Origin: Chiloscyllium plagiosum
Taxonomy: Eukaryota
Direction of reading: 5' to 3'
NCBI RefSeq assembly: GCF_004010195.1
Contig: NC_057755.1
Coordinates: 11,676,580-11,740,579, forward strand
Length of the DNA stretch: 64,000 nt
Of the stretch, positions 47,851-60,134 are shown in pieces; positions within the stretch are counted from its first letter, which is position 1, and each line of letters starts with the position of its first letter. The notes under the pieces were generated by a model that made no database searches, was not told the origin of the DNA, and worked only from the letters and a program-made list of their open reading frames with translations. Position numbers and translations under genes: made by a program.

Positions 47851-50800
47851 TTAATATGTCCTCGTATTGCTGCAACAAACATTTCAACTGGGTTCTTTGT
47901 TCCTGAGACAGAGTTCACTAACCTATCCCACTTCTCAAGAACTTCCTCATTGTTTAATGTATTTTGAGGCACATCAAACTCCAAGACATCTAGATTTCAT
48001 TCCTCACTCTGCAGGGCAGTAACTAACACCTGTTTTTCCAGTTCCTTCTCTCTATTATAGTAAGGTTTCAACATATTCACATGACATACCCGATACAGTA
48101 ATTTTTCTATCTGGTATCTTTATTTGATAGCGGCCACTAAACCTGGCTTTGAAGGGATATCCTACCATTGATAACAATACTAATAAGTCATCCCCACGTG
48201 AAAACCTCCAAGTTTTTATCTGCCACCTATGCAATGCCCTCTTCAGGTGCTGTTTAGCTAACTTACCTGTCTGATTTAATCTCTCCCTCACCTCCAATAC
48301 ATAATCTGAGTTTGAGATCTCCAACTTCGGTCCTGTCAACTTTTTAAAAATTAGTTTCACAGGCCCTCTTACTTCATGTCTGAATATTAACTCAACGGGA
48401 GTAAACAGAGTAGATTTGTTTGGCGCATCTCTAATGGAAAACAGTACTAATCATTCAGGTAATCCTGACAGTATGCTGTTATCATAGTCTTCACGGTCTG
48501 ATGTCACCTTTCCAAAGCTCCCTGGGATTCAGGATGATATGCACTTGATTTAAAGTGCTATATGCCTAAGCACTCCATGGATTCCTTAAACAGCCTTGCA
48601 GTAAAATTAGACCCTTGGTCTGACTGAATCTCTCTAGGTTGTCCATACTGCGTGAAGAAAGCTACTAATTCCTCTGCCCCCCTTTTTATATAATACTCCG
48701 TAACGGAATTGCCTCTGAAAATCTGGTAGACAAATCCATTATTTAGTTTTCGGAAGGGAACCTACATAGTAACCCGCTTGAAAGATTCTTTAAATGCAGG
48801 AATTGGCAACAAAGGTGCTGATTTTATTACCGCCTATGGCTTACCTATCATTTGGCATTATAATAGGTACGGCTAAAGTTAATCGCATCCTTGTGCATTC
48901 CAGCCCAATAGAAATTTTTTTTTACCTTAGCCTGAGTCTACTTACATCTAAGTGACCTCCTACTGGTAACTCATGTGCTACACATAATACTTCCTGTCTG
49001 TATGCTACTGGCAGCACAATCTGGTGCACTTCTGCCCATTTCTCCTCCACACTAACCTGCCTTGGTCTCCATTTTCGTCTTAGGATTCTATCTTTAAGAT
49101 AATACCCCTCAGGAATACATTCTGATTTCTTTTCTAAGTATGCATCAATATATACACCTTTTATTGCCTCATCTTTCTGTTGTAAGTTAATTAGCTTTTC
49201 AGGACTAAATACTTCTGCCTGACCCCCTCTTGGACAAGTTTTTCCTACACCACTATATCAAGCAGGATGTCTGCTAACTGAACCTCAACTCTTTCATCTG
49301 TCTCTTTAGTTTCAGCTTTGCATTGTGACTTATAATAATGAGATCTTGTTACTACACAGTCTGGTAAAATTCCAGGGTATTTTTTTTTTAACTCCTCAGT
49401 TCCCTGGTCTTCCTTTGGCTTCTCCACAACAAGGGGTGTCACTCCTACCTTGGATCCTGCTAAATCGTTCCCAAGAACAAACTGTTTTTCTGGAATTGCC
49501 ACTCTGTCAATCACTTCCACTGTTACTTCCCCAGTCTTGATTTGGCTCTCCAACCTGATCTTACATAGGGGAGCGCTAAATTTCTGTCCATCTATCCCAC
49601 AAATTACAACTCTCTCGGGTAACAGGTCAGAAAGAATGCGAATATGTTTGTCTCTGACTAATGGACACTGGTTACAACCTGTATCTCTCAAAATTACAAC
49701 TTCTTTCCCTTCTCCCTCTTCTTTCTAAGTAAACTTTACCCACAGAGTCAAAGTCTTTATGGAGATCAGGGACTAACTCCATACCCAGGCCTTTCCTAGG
49801 TTGTGTACTCTCCTGCAACTCCTCATCTTTTCTTAGGGTTTCCTTTACTACTTTCATTAATGACACTGGCTTAGTCTCTTTTACCACATCTTTTCCCACA
49901 GTGCCTTTCTTTAACGACCAGCACTGTTACTTTACGTATCCCATCTTCTAGCAGTGAAACCACCTTTTACCGGTGCCCCCCCTTAAACCATCGGTACTGT
50001 AATTTTCTGAGTCCCACTCCATCACAGTGAAAATATCTCAGGCCTTTCACCTCCTTTTCACCCTCTTGGGTTTCGTTTTTAACGTGTGGTAAACAATTAC
50101 CAATGTGCTCTAATCTTTGTTTTGTGTATAGGATCTCCCCTGCTCCCAATTTCTATCCCTCATAGGATGAAATTTTTGCTGGAAGTGAAATTTTGCTTCA
50201 TGCGCCAATGCATATTCATCTGCCATCTCTGCTGCTGTTCTCACTTCTCGTACTTTCTGTTCATCCTCATGAATTATCTTCATCTGTGGAAGTGAGTTTT
50301 TGAACTCCTCTAGCAGAATAGTGTCTCTCAGAGCCTCATAGGTCTTACTTATTTTTAAGGCTCACACCCATCTACCAAAATGATGCTGTTTAATTCTTTC
50401 AGGTTCAATATAATTCTGACCTGGTTCCTTCTTTATGTTTCTGAACTGCTGTCTATTCTGGTACCAATTCAAAAGCAATCAAAATAGCCTGTGTGACATC
50501 CACATAATCTCTTGACCCGTGATCTGACAGCGCTGCAAATACCTCACTAGCTTTGCCTACCAGCTCAGTCTGAACTAGTATTACCCACAAGCTCCATCTG
50601 CCTAGCCAATTTTTCACATGAAATACGGAAGGCTTTTTTCTCATCAAAATGTGATAATGTTTTCACATTTGTGCATATCTGCCACCTTCTGTCTTTGTTT
50701 CCATCCTGTTAACTTGAGTTTCCTGACTAATTCTGAACTCCTTAAGTTCGAATTCTCTCTACCTCTCTTTTTCTCTCTCTTCTGTCTTTGCTCAGCTAAG

Positions 50801-51770
50801 AACCTTCTTTCTCCTTTCTTTTGCCTTTCTCTCTTTTCTTTTCCCCTCTCCTTTCTTTTTCCTCTCTCTCTTTTTCTTCTCTCATGGCTCTTCTTTCTTT
50901 TTCTTTATCTTCTAACTCCATTTTCCTCAATTGTAATTGAAGTTTTTCTAACTCGACTGTACTTGTCTGTTTCTCTGACACACCTAAGTGCCTGACTAAC
51001 TCCCTTACAATTTCAGTTTTACTTTTGTCCCTGGTTAGACTCAATTCTAACTGATTTGCTAATTCTAAAAGTATGGCCTTCTGTCTTTATAAACTTTCTT
51101 GGCAAATTTGGGGATCATCTTCAAACCCCAGAACTTTTCAAAAGCCATTTTTCTCTCTTTTAATTTAACCAACCGCAAGTAACCGAAATTAAAAAATTGT
51201 CTCACCCATCTTTTATTTAAAGATCTAGCATACTAATCGACAAGTGTTTAAATCTTTGTGCCCCAAATCTGTTCAAATCTGTTCAAATCTGTCCAAATCT
51301 CAGACCAAATCTGTCCAAACCTTTCCAAATCACGGACCCAAGTCCCCAAACTGTTACAACACGGCAGTGAGCTCTTCTGCAAATTGAACCAAGCACCTAG
51401 AGAAGCTCACCTCCCCATATAATCTGTTAAAGTATGTGTGACAGAGAACTTCCAAGTTTCATTATTTAAAGAAAAAATATCAATTTGTTCTTTAACTCTA
51501 AAAGTAAACATTAAGCAACAGTTACTTAACAACTGAGCCCCCTTTTTCTTAACGTTGTGCTGTTACTTATTATCTGCCTCCAACTCTAAAACAATATGCC
51601 GTTCCCATAAAAACCCATATTAAAATTATATCAACTTAATTTCAAAACCACACAGTGGGTGTTGTCATTGGTTGTCTGTCGTCTTCAGTCTTCTGCTGCA
51701 AAGGTGTTTCATGTGAAAAAGGTACCTTTCGACAGTGTGTTTTGCTGGCAGTTAATCGCTCTGTCAAAGA

Positions 51771-52375
51771 GAATTGAGTTCAGGGGTTGGAAGATCATGT
51801 TGCGCCTGTACAAGACATTGGTTTGGCCACTTTTGGAATATTGCATGCAAATCTGGTCTCCTTCCTATCGGAAGGATGTTGTGAAACTAGAAAGGGTTCA
51901 GAAAAGATTTACAAGGATGTTGCCAGAGTTGGAGGATTTGAGCTATAGGGAGAGGTTGAATAGGCTGGGGCTGTTTTCCCTGGCACGTCGGAGGCTGAGG
52001 GGTGACCTTATTAGAGGTTTACAAAATTATGAGGGGAATGGATAGGATAAATAGGCAAAGTCTTTTCCTGGGGTCAGGGACTCCAGAACTAGAGAACATA
52101 GGTTTAGGGTGAAAGGGGAAAGATATAAAAGAGACCTACAGGGCCACGTTTGCACACAGAGGGTGGTATGGGTATGGAATGAGCTGCCAGAGGATGTGGT
52201 GGAGGCTGATGCAATTGCAACATTTAAACGGCATTTGGATGGATTTATGAATAGGAAGGGTTTGGAGCGATACGGCCCGGGTGCTGGCAGGTGGGACTAG
52301 GTTGGGTTGGGATATCTGGTTGGCATGGATGAGTTGGACCGAAGGCTCTGTTTCCCTGCGGTACATCTCTGTGAC
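51771..52375 (+). mobile_element. CR1 3' fragment inserted in the gypsy 5' LTR
   Basis: LYKTLVWPLLEYC...; absent from the partner LTR (CTGTCAAAAAGCCTGCTTCTTT at ~45532-45553). Confidence 0.9.
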
Positions 52376-52511
52376 TGCTTCTTTATACCCGAAACATTGG
52401 ATCATCTCATTGGTTCGAGGTTGGCAAAAAGAGGTTGAATTTTATTATCCTGGGGCATAATTTAAACAGGTTAGGTTTGAATTGTGGTCAAAACAACTCA
52501 GATATCTAGTT

Positions 52512-52823
52512 TGGGCGGTACAGTGGTTAGCACTGCTGCCTCACAGTGCCAGAGACCCAGGTTCAATTCCCACCTCAGGCGATTATGTGGAGTTTGCACA
52601 TTCTCCCCATGTCTGCATGAGTTTCCTCTGGGTGCTCTAGTTTCCTCCCACAGTCCAAAAATATGCAGGTTAGGGGAATCGACCATGCTAAATTGCCCAT
52701 AGTGTTAGGTGAAGGGGTAAATGTAGGGGAATGGGTCTGGGTGGGTTGCACTTCAGCGGGTCGGTGTGGACTTGTTGGGCCGAAGGGCCTATTTCCACAC
52801 TGTGACTAACTAATCTAATCTAA
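52512..52823 (+). mobile_element. HE1-like V-SINE inserted in the gypsy 5' LTR
   Basis: Full SINE with (TAATC)n tail; absent from the partner LTR. Confidence 0.9.
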
Positions 52824-54579
52824 TTTTTACTGCCAAATGTTACGTCTTCAATTTTCCAGTATACTCTGAAGCTGCTAGTCAGTCACATTTCAGATGCCTG
52901 CAAGCTCTCAGTACTAAACAGCTTTCGCTCTCTCTCAAACGTACAGTACACCTTCAACTTCATAACAATCTAGAATTAACATGACATGAACTGCAGTTAA
53001 ATATTTAATAGAACTCATCAAATAATAAAATGGTCAGGGAAGACCCCACAGATTCCTGTGCAAACCCCCTCCCTACTATAATGACTGAATTCATTAAAAT
53101 GGTGTTTCTCATTCTCATTTTTATAACTCCTTCCTTTAGAACTTCCTCAAAAGTCACACCGTCATGGACTCCCTCCATGATGCACAAGTCTGTTGCTCAG
53201 GTAGCTAAGTTTGGACTGGATTCCCAGGACTGAACTTGAGCATCTACTCTTGGGTAGTCAGCTCGCTTCACTCAACTGACAACACCCATGGGGCTTTTCT
53301 TAACTGCAATATTTCTCAGCTGCACCAAGCAAATACAACTTATGGGCTTCTTTCACCCTCACCTGCAGCTACACTGAAACATCAAGGATTTTCAGGGCGG
53401 GTTAAAAGTCCCAGCTGCCCTGATGTTTCCAGGGCTAATTGCCCATAGCCAACTTCAGTTCTTGTTCAGCATGGAGCCTTTGTCCCTACTGCCAACAACC
53501 TGACTGCTTCCCAGTTCCACATTTATAAACCTTCTGTTAACCTTCAGTTTCCGCAGCACAGCCGCACTGTTTCCTTTAAATAGCTGGGTCCTTCAGCTGT
53601 ATTTTTTTAAAAAATGGCCCAGGCATTCTTTTGCCAAAAGCAAGTTTTCGTAGGTGAGTTCACGTTTTGTAATACCCAGAGTGACATTTGCTGCATGTGA
53701 GTCTAGTTATTGCAAATGAGTCTCAATAAACTGTGAGGAGCCATGATAAATCCAGACCCTACAAATAAATCTGATTGAAAATTTGAACCAAAAAGAGAAA
53801 TTAGTAGGAATGCTTACGGGTTTCTGAGGGGATGGTTTTCGTCAGGCAGCAGCTATGTTGAGTAGAGGCAGGTTATTGTTCAAACTGCTTTGTTCAAACT
53901 TCCTGTATCCAGCATTCTGATTCTGTCCTTATCTGATTTCATTACATAATTCTTCCCCTACTTATGTGGCCTTAATTAGGACATACTACATTCATGCAAG
54001 AAGTACATTATCTGAATGGCTTCAGGTTTTCCTTGATTGCAGTTAGCTAATATTCCTTTGCTGATTGACTTAAAGTTGTTTTTCCAGACTAACACGATCA
54101 CTCATCCCGACCCACCACAGCTGTTTCCACTTGGTTACCGTGGGCTTTCTCTACTCCTTGCCAGACGCAGCCCCTCCTCACCTGACACACCACTCTGCCC
54201 TGTCTGACATGGCCCCTCTCCCCTGACCACTGTATCACCACCCCCCCTTAATCTCCAAGAGTTAAGGTTGATTCACTACCATTCACCTTCCTGATTCTTG
54301 GTGCTCCTCTGATTACTAGCTGCATCTCTAATTTTCCTGGACTTTTTGAGGGCTTTCAGTAGTGAATTCATCCACTAATGCGGGTTATACGGAGCTGGAT
54401 TGAGGAGACTAGCCCTAATCAGGAGTCAAAGGTGTGTTTGCACAGTATGTGTTTGTATAAAATTGTAGATGCATACATGTGAAATTTGTATGAGTATATA
54501 TGTGAATATGCATGCTTGACACTTCTGCCTCGATTGAGGGCAAGTCACTCAATTATTTTTCTTGTATAAAACTTCCTAG

Positions 54580-54757
54580 AGTCAGACTCAACCACTAATC
54601 AAGACGCCTCCAACTGTCATGCAGCCTCTCACACAGCAGCCGTATGGTGTTCCACCTCAGCCACAGTCTCTCTTGCAGGCATCTATGGCTGCTGCTCCTC
54701 TCACTCCTTTGCTGTCAGCACAACCTCAACCTTTGCTCCAGCAACCACAGCAGAAAC
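54580..54757 (+). CDS. CCAR1: CCAR1 exon 8
   Basis: SQTQPLIKTPPTVMQP...QPQPLLQQPQQK; CTAG| and AAC|GTAAGT; phase 0 to 1. Confidence 0.93.
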
Positions 54758-55093
54758 GTAAGTCACCAAAAGATCTGCATTCATAATCATAGTCATTGTA
54801 GATTAAATATATGTCACCCACTAGCCATACAGTGCAATTATAAACTATTATAGATATATAATATGTAATTTAGATTAAATATGGACCATGTATTCACAAT
54901 TTAAACATAAATCACCTACAAAATCTTTATTCACATCATTATGAATGGAACCTGAAACAGCCACAAAGTGCACTTTAGTCTACACACAAGTCGCCTGACA
55001 AATCTGGTTCTCAACTGTTTCTTATCAGACCTCTTTTTTTTAAAATATATTTCTGCACATCTCGTGCAAGACAATTTTTTTTACTTTGCACAA

Positions 55094-55333
55094 ATTAGAT
55101 TAACTTACTTACAGTGTGGAAACAGGCCCTTCAGCCCAACAAGTCCACACCAAACCTCCGAAGAGCAACCCACCCAGAGCCATTCCCCTTCACCTAACAC
55201 TACGGGCAATTTAGCATGGCCAGTTCACCTAACCTGCATATCTTTGGACTGTGGGAGGAAACCGGAGCACCGGGTACAAACTCCACACAGACAGTTGCCC
55301 GAGGCGGGAATTGAACCCGGGTGTCTGGCGCTG
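55094..55333 (-). mobile_element. HE1-like V-SINE, internally deleted and 5' truncated
   Basis: Reverse-complement SINE tail, core and B box. Confidence 0.85.
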
Positions 55334-56072
55334 TTATTAGTTTTCCAATTAAGTATCATTTTTACTTGCTTTAACGTGCGGCTTGTTGCTGATGTTAAGC
55401 AATCAAGATCTAGAGCCATCTTCCATCAGGACATACCTTTGTCACAATCAATGTTGAACAAAAGCTGAAAATGCTTGAAACATTGGTCAGTATCTGTGGG
55501 AAAGAAGTTTCATTGACCTTTAATGTTAACTCTGTTCCTCTCTCAGCAGAAGCTGTCTGACCTGTTAATTTTTCCAATTTTTCAATTTATATTTCCAGTT
55601 TCCAGCACCCTTTGAATTCCCTTTTGGGAATCCTGTCTTCATGTATTTGACAAAATGCAATAGCATGTCTTTAAAATTGAGCATTCCAATGTGTCTGTAA
55701 AATATAGGAGCACCTACTGACAAGGTTCTGAGTGTTTTGAACTGGATAACACTTCATTATGCAGTTTATGGCTGCAGGTTTGCTTCTCGCAGTGCTTCTA
55801 AGAGGGAGCATTTTGGAGAATCAAGTTGGAACATTCCAGAAGAAGGATTTATTGCTTTCACCTTGTTGAAAATTGTTAACAGTGCCTTGCTTATGTTAAT
55901 GCTGCTGCTTGATGATTGCTTCAAATTGTGAAAATCATGTTCCTAGGTCTGGTATCTCACACCATGAGCAGAACAAGCATTGCCAGAACACAGGTCACAA
56001 GTCATTTAAGAAGTGATATTTAATTTTATTTTAAGACAATTGCTCTGAACCTTGCCACTTTTCCTGTTACAG

Positions 56073-56202
56073 CTGGGTTGCTGCAACCTCCTGTACGAGT
56101 CATTCCACAGCCACAAGCTGTTCGAAGGATTGAACCACCATCCAGATTCATGACCCGGAATGAAAGACTTGAAATAACATTAACAAGGAAAGATGATCGA
56201 AG
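56073..56202 (+). CDS. CCAR1: CCAR1 exon 9
   Basis: (P)GLLQPPVRVIPQPQAVRRIEPPSRFMTRNERLEITLTRKDDR; phase 1 to 2. Confidence 0.94.
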
Positions 56203-56847
56203 GTACTGCAGATGACTCAGTGCTTGCAATAAAATCACAATTAAGTCACACTTCGCCCTAGCTTTCCTAGATCTCTTAATTTATTTTTGAATGATGTGGT
56301 AATTAGTTAAATTATTTTTGGATACAGAACATTCTAGAGCTAACCAACCTCAGTTGGGTCAATAATTTGAGCTATAGTTGTGCACATTGATGAAAACAGC
56401 CTCGGATTCCATTTTCAATCACGGCAAGCTCCTGTGTGCAGGATTTGTAGCAAATTCTGCTGTAATACTCCCTATGGAGAAGCAATTTGCTGGCATCGAA
56501 TGGTATTTGGATAATTAGGATAGGGATGCTGGTACCTGTATTTGGGAGACTAAACAGGTCACTTATGGGAAGAAGAATGGAGAATTCGATAATACGTTGT
56601 GCACAGCAGTATTTAACCCCACAGCACATTCTGCAATTTGTGACTCAAGATTTCTTGCACATCGTCAATGCACTTGAAAAACATTTGAATTTTTTCATTT
56701 TATTGTAGGTTTTAAACACAAGTTTTCTTTACATTTGGATGCCATTTAGGGTTGCAAGGCAACTTTCAACTTTTTTAACTCAAATGATGAGCTACAATTC
56801 TGCTTGAATCATGAAATCTTTTGTTTTCAAATTAAATTATTTTGTAG

Positions 56848-57009
56848 TCGTGAAAGAGATCGAGACAGGAGGCGTTCACGTGAACGGTCACCACAACGTA
56901 AACGGTCCCGAGAGCGATCACCACGGCGAGAAAGGGACAGGTCACCAAGAAGGCAGAGACGTGTGGTTCCTCGTTACACAGTTCAGTTCTCCAAGTTTTC
57001 TTTGGATTG
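56848..57009 (+). CDS. CCAR1: CCAR1 exon 10 (RS/RE-rich); gene continues beyond the window
   Basis: (S)RERDRDRRRSRERSPQRKRSRERSPRRERDRSPRRQRRVVPRYTVQFSKFSLD; phase 2/2. Confidence 0.96.
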
Positions 57010-57469
57010 GTATGAATACAACTGATTAGATATTATTAATGACTATTTTTCTGATCATGGCACTGCTTAGTAAACATTGACTAAGTTTTAGTGAGGTTTT
57101 GCCTTTATTGAAGTGACAAATGTTGATAGAGTTTTGCCCATTCTTAACTTGCATAAGAAAGGTGGCAGGTAGACCTCCATAACATCGAAAGTTACGTTCT
57201 TTCTAAATTGTGTCTTTCTCGTGTGTGCAATGCAGCTAAATATTGTGCCCATGCATACAACAGAATTATGGCACTATGCTTAAAAAGTGTGCTTGCATGT
57301 TTCCTTAGTATGTAAATAGAAATAATTCGTGATAAACCTGTCCCATGCCACTTCTAACCAGATGGTGACAACTTCAGTCAGCAGAAATGTTACTCACGAA
57401 TGATTAATAAAATTCATTTCAAATTCCTTTCCAATCTAATTTTTAACTAGTCATACATGGAAAGCACCT

Positions 57470-57542
57470 ATGGGTAATGATGTTTAATCCTATTCCATTA
57501 CTGAAATGATAGTGTGGAGAGAAAAAAAATCACTGAACCCAT
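57470..57542 (+). ncRNA. SNORD98: Box C/D snoRNA, SNORD98 homologue (18S rRNA Gm867 guide, human numbering)
   Basis: Terminal stem ATGGGT/ACCCAT; C box ATGATGT 57477-57483; guide TCCTATTCCATTA complementary to 18S UAAUGGAAUAGGA; D' CTGA 57501-57504; D CTGA 57533-57536. CCAR1 is the known SNORD98 host. Confidence 0.9.
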
Positions 57543-58081
57543 TCAAAATGCCCATGGAGAGTTTTTGGGCCGATGTGTGCTTTTCAATCCGTTCAGGATA
57601 TTTGTTATGTTTATATCACATAATGAGCATGAGGTAGTTGAGCACTTCTGTCCATTACAGTTGCACTGTCCAAGTTCAACACCCACTAACCAGGAAATCA
57701 GAGGCTCTTATTTTTATTCGTATTCTAGTTGCTATATTTCTAGGTTTTAAACTGTTACCCATGAAACTCATTATCCAGTCAGGGCCAACTGCATCTGTCC
57801 TGTCAAATTGTCTAACGTAGATTGGCTGCTGTTGACGAGAAGAATTCTCTCAGCATGTCCATTTGAGCACAGGAATGCCTTGCAGTCAGACATTTTGAAT
57901 TGTAGTCAATGATCTATGTTTTAAGATGTGTGTAGATGATTCCACACAGCTCAGGTTGAGCTACAAAAGTTATGCAATACCACGAGCACTAGGTGTAGTG
58001 CTCCAGTGAAGACATTATTTTAGATGTAAAGCTGTTATCTCAGAAGGTCCTCTAACAAGCCTTTGCAGGTTGAACTTATGA

Positions 58082-58828
58082 ACGTTTGGGGGCAGCTACT
58101 TTACTGGGAGTGTTTTGTAGGCCCCAAAGAGTCAGTGGGAAGTCGAGGAGCAAATATGTGGACCATTCACATAGGTGTGTAAGAGTAATAATCAGGTAAT
58201 TATGTAAGGGGATTTCAACTTTCCCAATGTAAATTGAGGTAGTCATAATGTAAAGGGCTTTAGAGGGGGTGGATTTCTTTGAAATATATCCAGGAGAGGT
58301 TTTTTGTAGAAGGCCCAACAAGAGATGGCACAGTGCTGTGTCTGGTTCTGGGGAAGAAAAAGCCGTACAAGTGTGTTAATAGTGAAGAAGATGGTTGAAG
58401 GTTACAGGAAGATACAGAAAGGCCGGTCAGAGTGGCAGATGATATTTAATCCTGATAAATGCGAGATGGTGCACTTTGGACAAAGAATCAAGATGAGAGA
58501 GTGTTTAAAAAAAATCGCAGGACATTGGGTAGCTTAGAGGAACAGAGGAATCTTGAGGTAATCATTCACAGATTCCTGAAGTCAGCAGATCACTGGAATA
58601 GGTTAATTAACACACCAAGCTTTTTCACTGTGGGTGGTGGAAATCTGAAATGCACTGCCTGGGGAGGTAATGCACACTGGAAACTTTAAATCTTTAAAAA
58701 ATATTTGGATTAAAAAAAATCAAGGATATGGAACAAGTGCAGGAAATTGGAATTGTAGTGGTAGTTATGTCAATCCAGACTTGATGGGCTGAAGGGCTTT
58801 CCTGAGCTGTTTGAATCTATGAATCTAT
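58082..58828 (+). mobile_element. Old, multiply deleted CR1
   Basis: EWQMIFNPDKCEMVHFG; tail TGAATCTATGAATCTAT. Confidence 0.7.
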
Positions 58829-60134
58829 TGTTTTTTTCTTTATTCACTCATGGGTCATGGATGTCCCTGGTTTAGCAAGCATTTCTTGCTCAACCCTACC
58901 TGAGAAGATGGTGGTGAGCAGTTGTGTTGAAACACTGCAGTCCATTTGCTGTAGGTAGTTAGACAATGCCATTAAGGACAGGATTCCAGGATTTTGGTCC
59001 AGCGACAGTGAAGAAATGATGATATATTTCCAAATCAGGATGGTGAGTGGCTTCGAGGAAAGCGTGAAGGTGGTGGTATTCCTGTATACCTGCTGCTCTT
59101 GCCCTTTCACATGGTTGTGATTGTGGGTTTGGAAGGCACTGTCCAAGGATTGTTTAATTTCTATAGTGTATCTTTTGCGAAGTGCACACTGCTGCTATTG
59201 AGTATTGGTGGTGGTGGGAGTGGATGTGGTGCCAGTTAAGTGGGCTGCTTTGTACTTCATGGTGTCAAGCTTTCTTGAGTTTTGTTGGAGCTGCATTCAC
59301 CTAGATAAGTGGGAGCATTTCATCACACTCCTGTTTTGTGCCTTGTGGTAATCCCTGGATGTTAATAGTGAGGGATTCAGTGATGGTAGCACCATTCTTC
59401 TTGGCAAACAGTGTAGCTCTGAATGAGGCAAAATATATATCTATTTCATTGGAGCTGTGGAATTCACCATCTTAATTATGCATTTATCATCTTCTGCCTT
59501 TCTACCCTGCTAATTGTCTAAGAATAACGTCATCACTATAGACCTAATGCTGGAGGTTTATGCTTAGGCAAGAGATGGTGTTTTATGCTTTTAAGATATG
59601 TGTAGGGACCCCACAGAGCTCAGGTTGATCCACAAAAGTTACAAAAGCAGTGAAGTTATGAAAAATCTGTGGTATGACCAAAACAGTTATGGGTGCCATG
59701 TTGCAGGAGGATATCAAGTCATTGTAACGTGCAACAAAGAATGATGAGAATGGTCCCAGGAATGTGCAACTTCAATTATGTAGCTAAATTGGAAACATTT
59801 GGACTACAGATCTCCTTGGAGAAAAAGCTGAGAGGCAGTTTCATTGAGGTGTACAAAATCACTGGGGTTTGGACGATTGGTAAAGCAAAGCTATTCCAAT
59901 TTGTGAAGGGATTGAAAACCAGAGGACACTGCTTAAAGGTAATTGGCAAAAATGCCATTAGGGACATGAATAAAAATATTATCATGCAGCGACTGCTTAT
60001 AACCACTAGCATTGTCGTTGGACTGTTAATCCAGAGACCCAGACAATATTCTGGTGACCAGGCTTCGAATCCCAGCACAGCAGTTGGTGGAAATTGAATT
60101 CAGTACAAATCTGGAATTGAGAGTCTAATATCAG

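Larger units (their letters stand above)
45081..52967 (-). mobile_element. Full-length decayed Gmr1-like Ty3/gypsy LTR retrotransposon
   Basis: LTRs 45081-45833 and 51352-52967 (TGTTA...TAACA); TSD ATCT at 45077-45080 and 52968-52971; PPT-like GGGGAAG; degenerate tRNA-Pro-like PBS ~51329-51348; domain order gag, PR (RDTG), IN, RT (YLDD), RH. Confidence 0.92.

Noticed and set aside
56784..56790. ATGATGA as box C of a second snoRNA
   Set aside because: No CTGA D box or terminal stem before the exon 10 acceptor.
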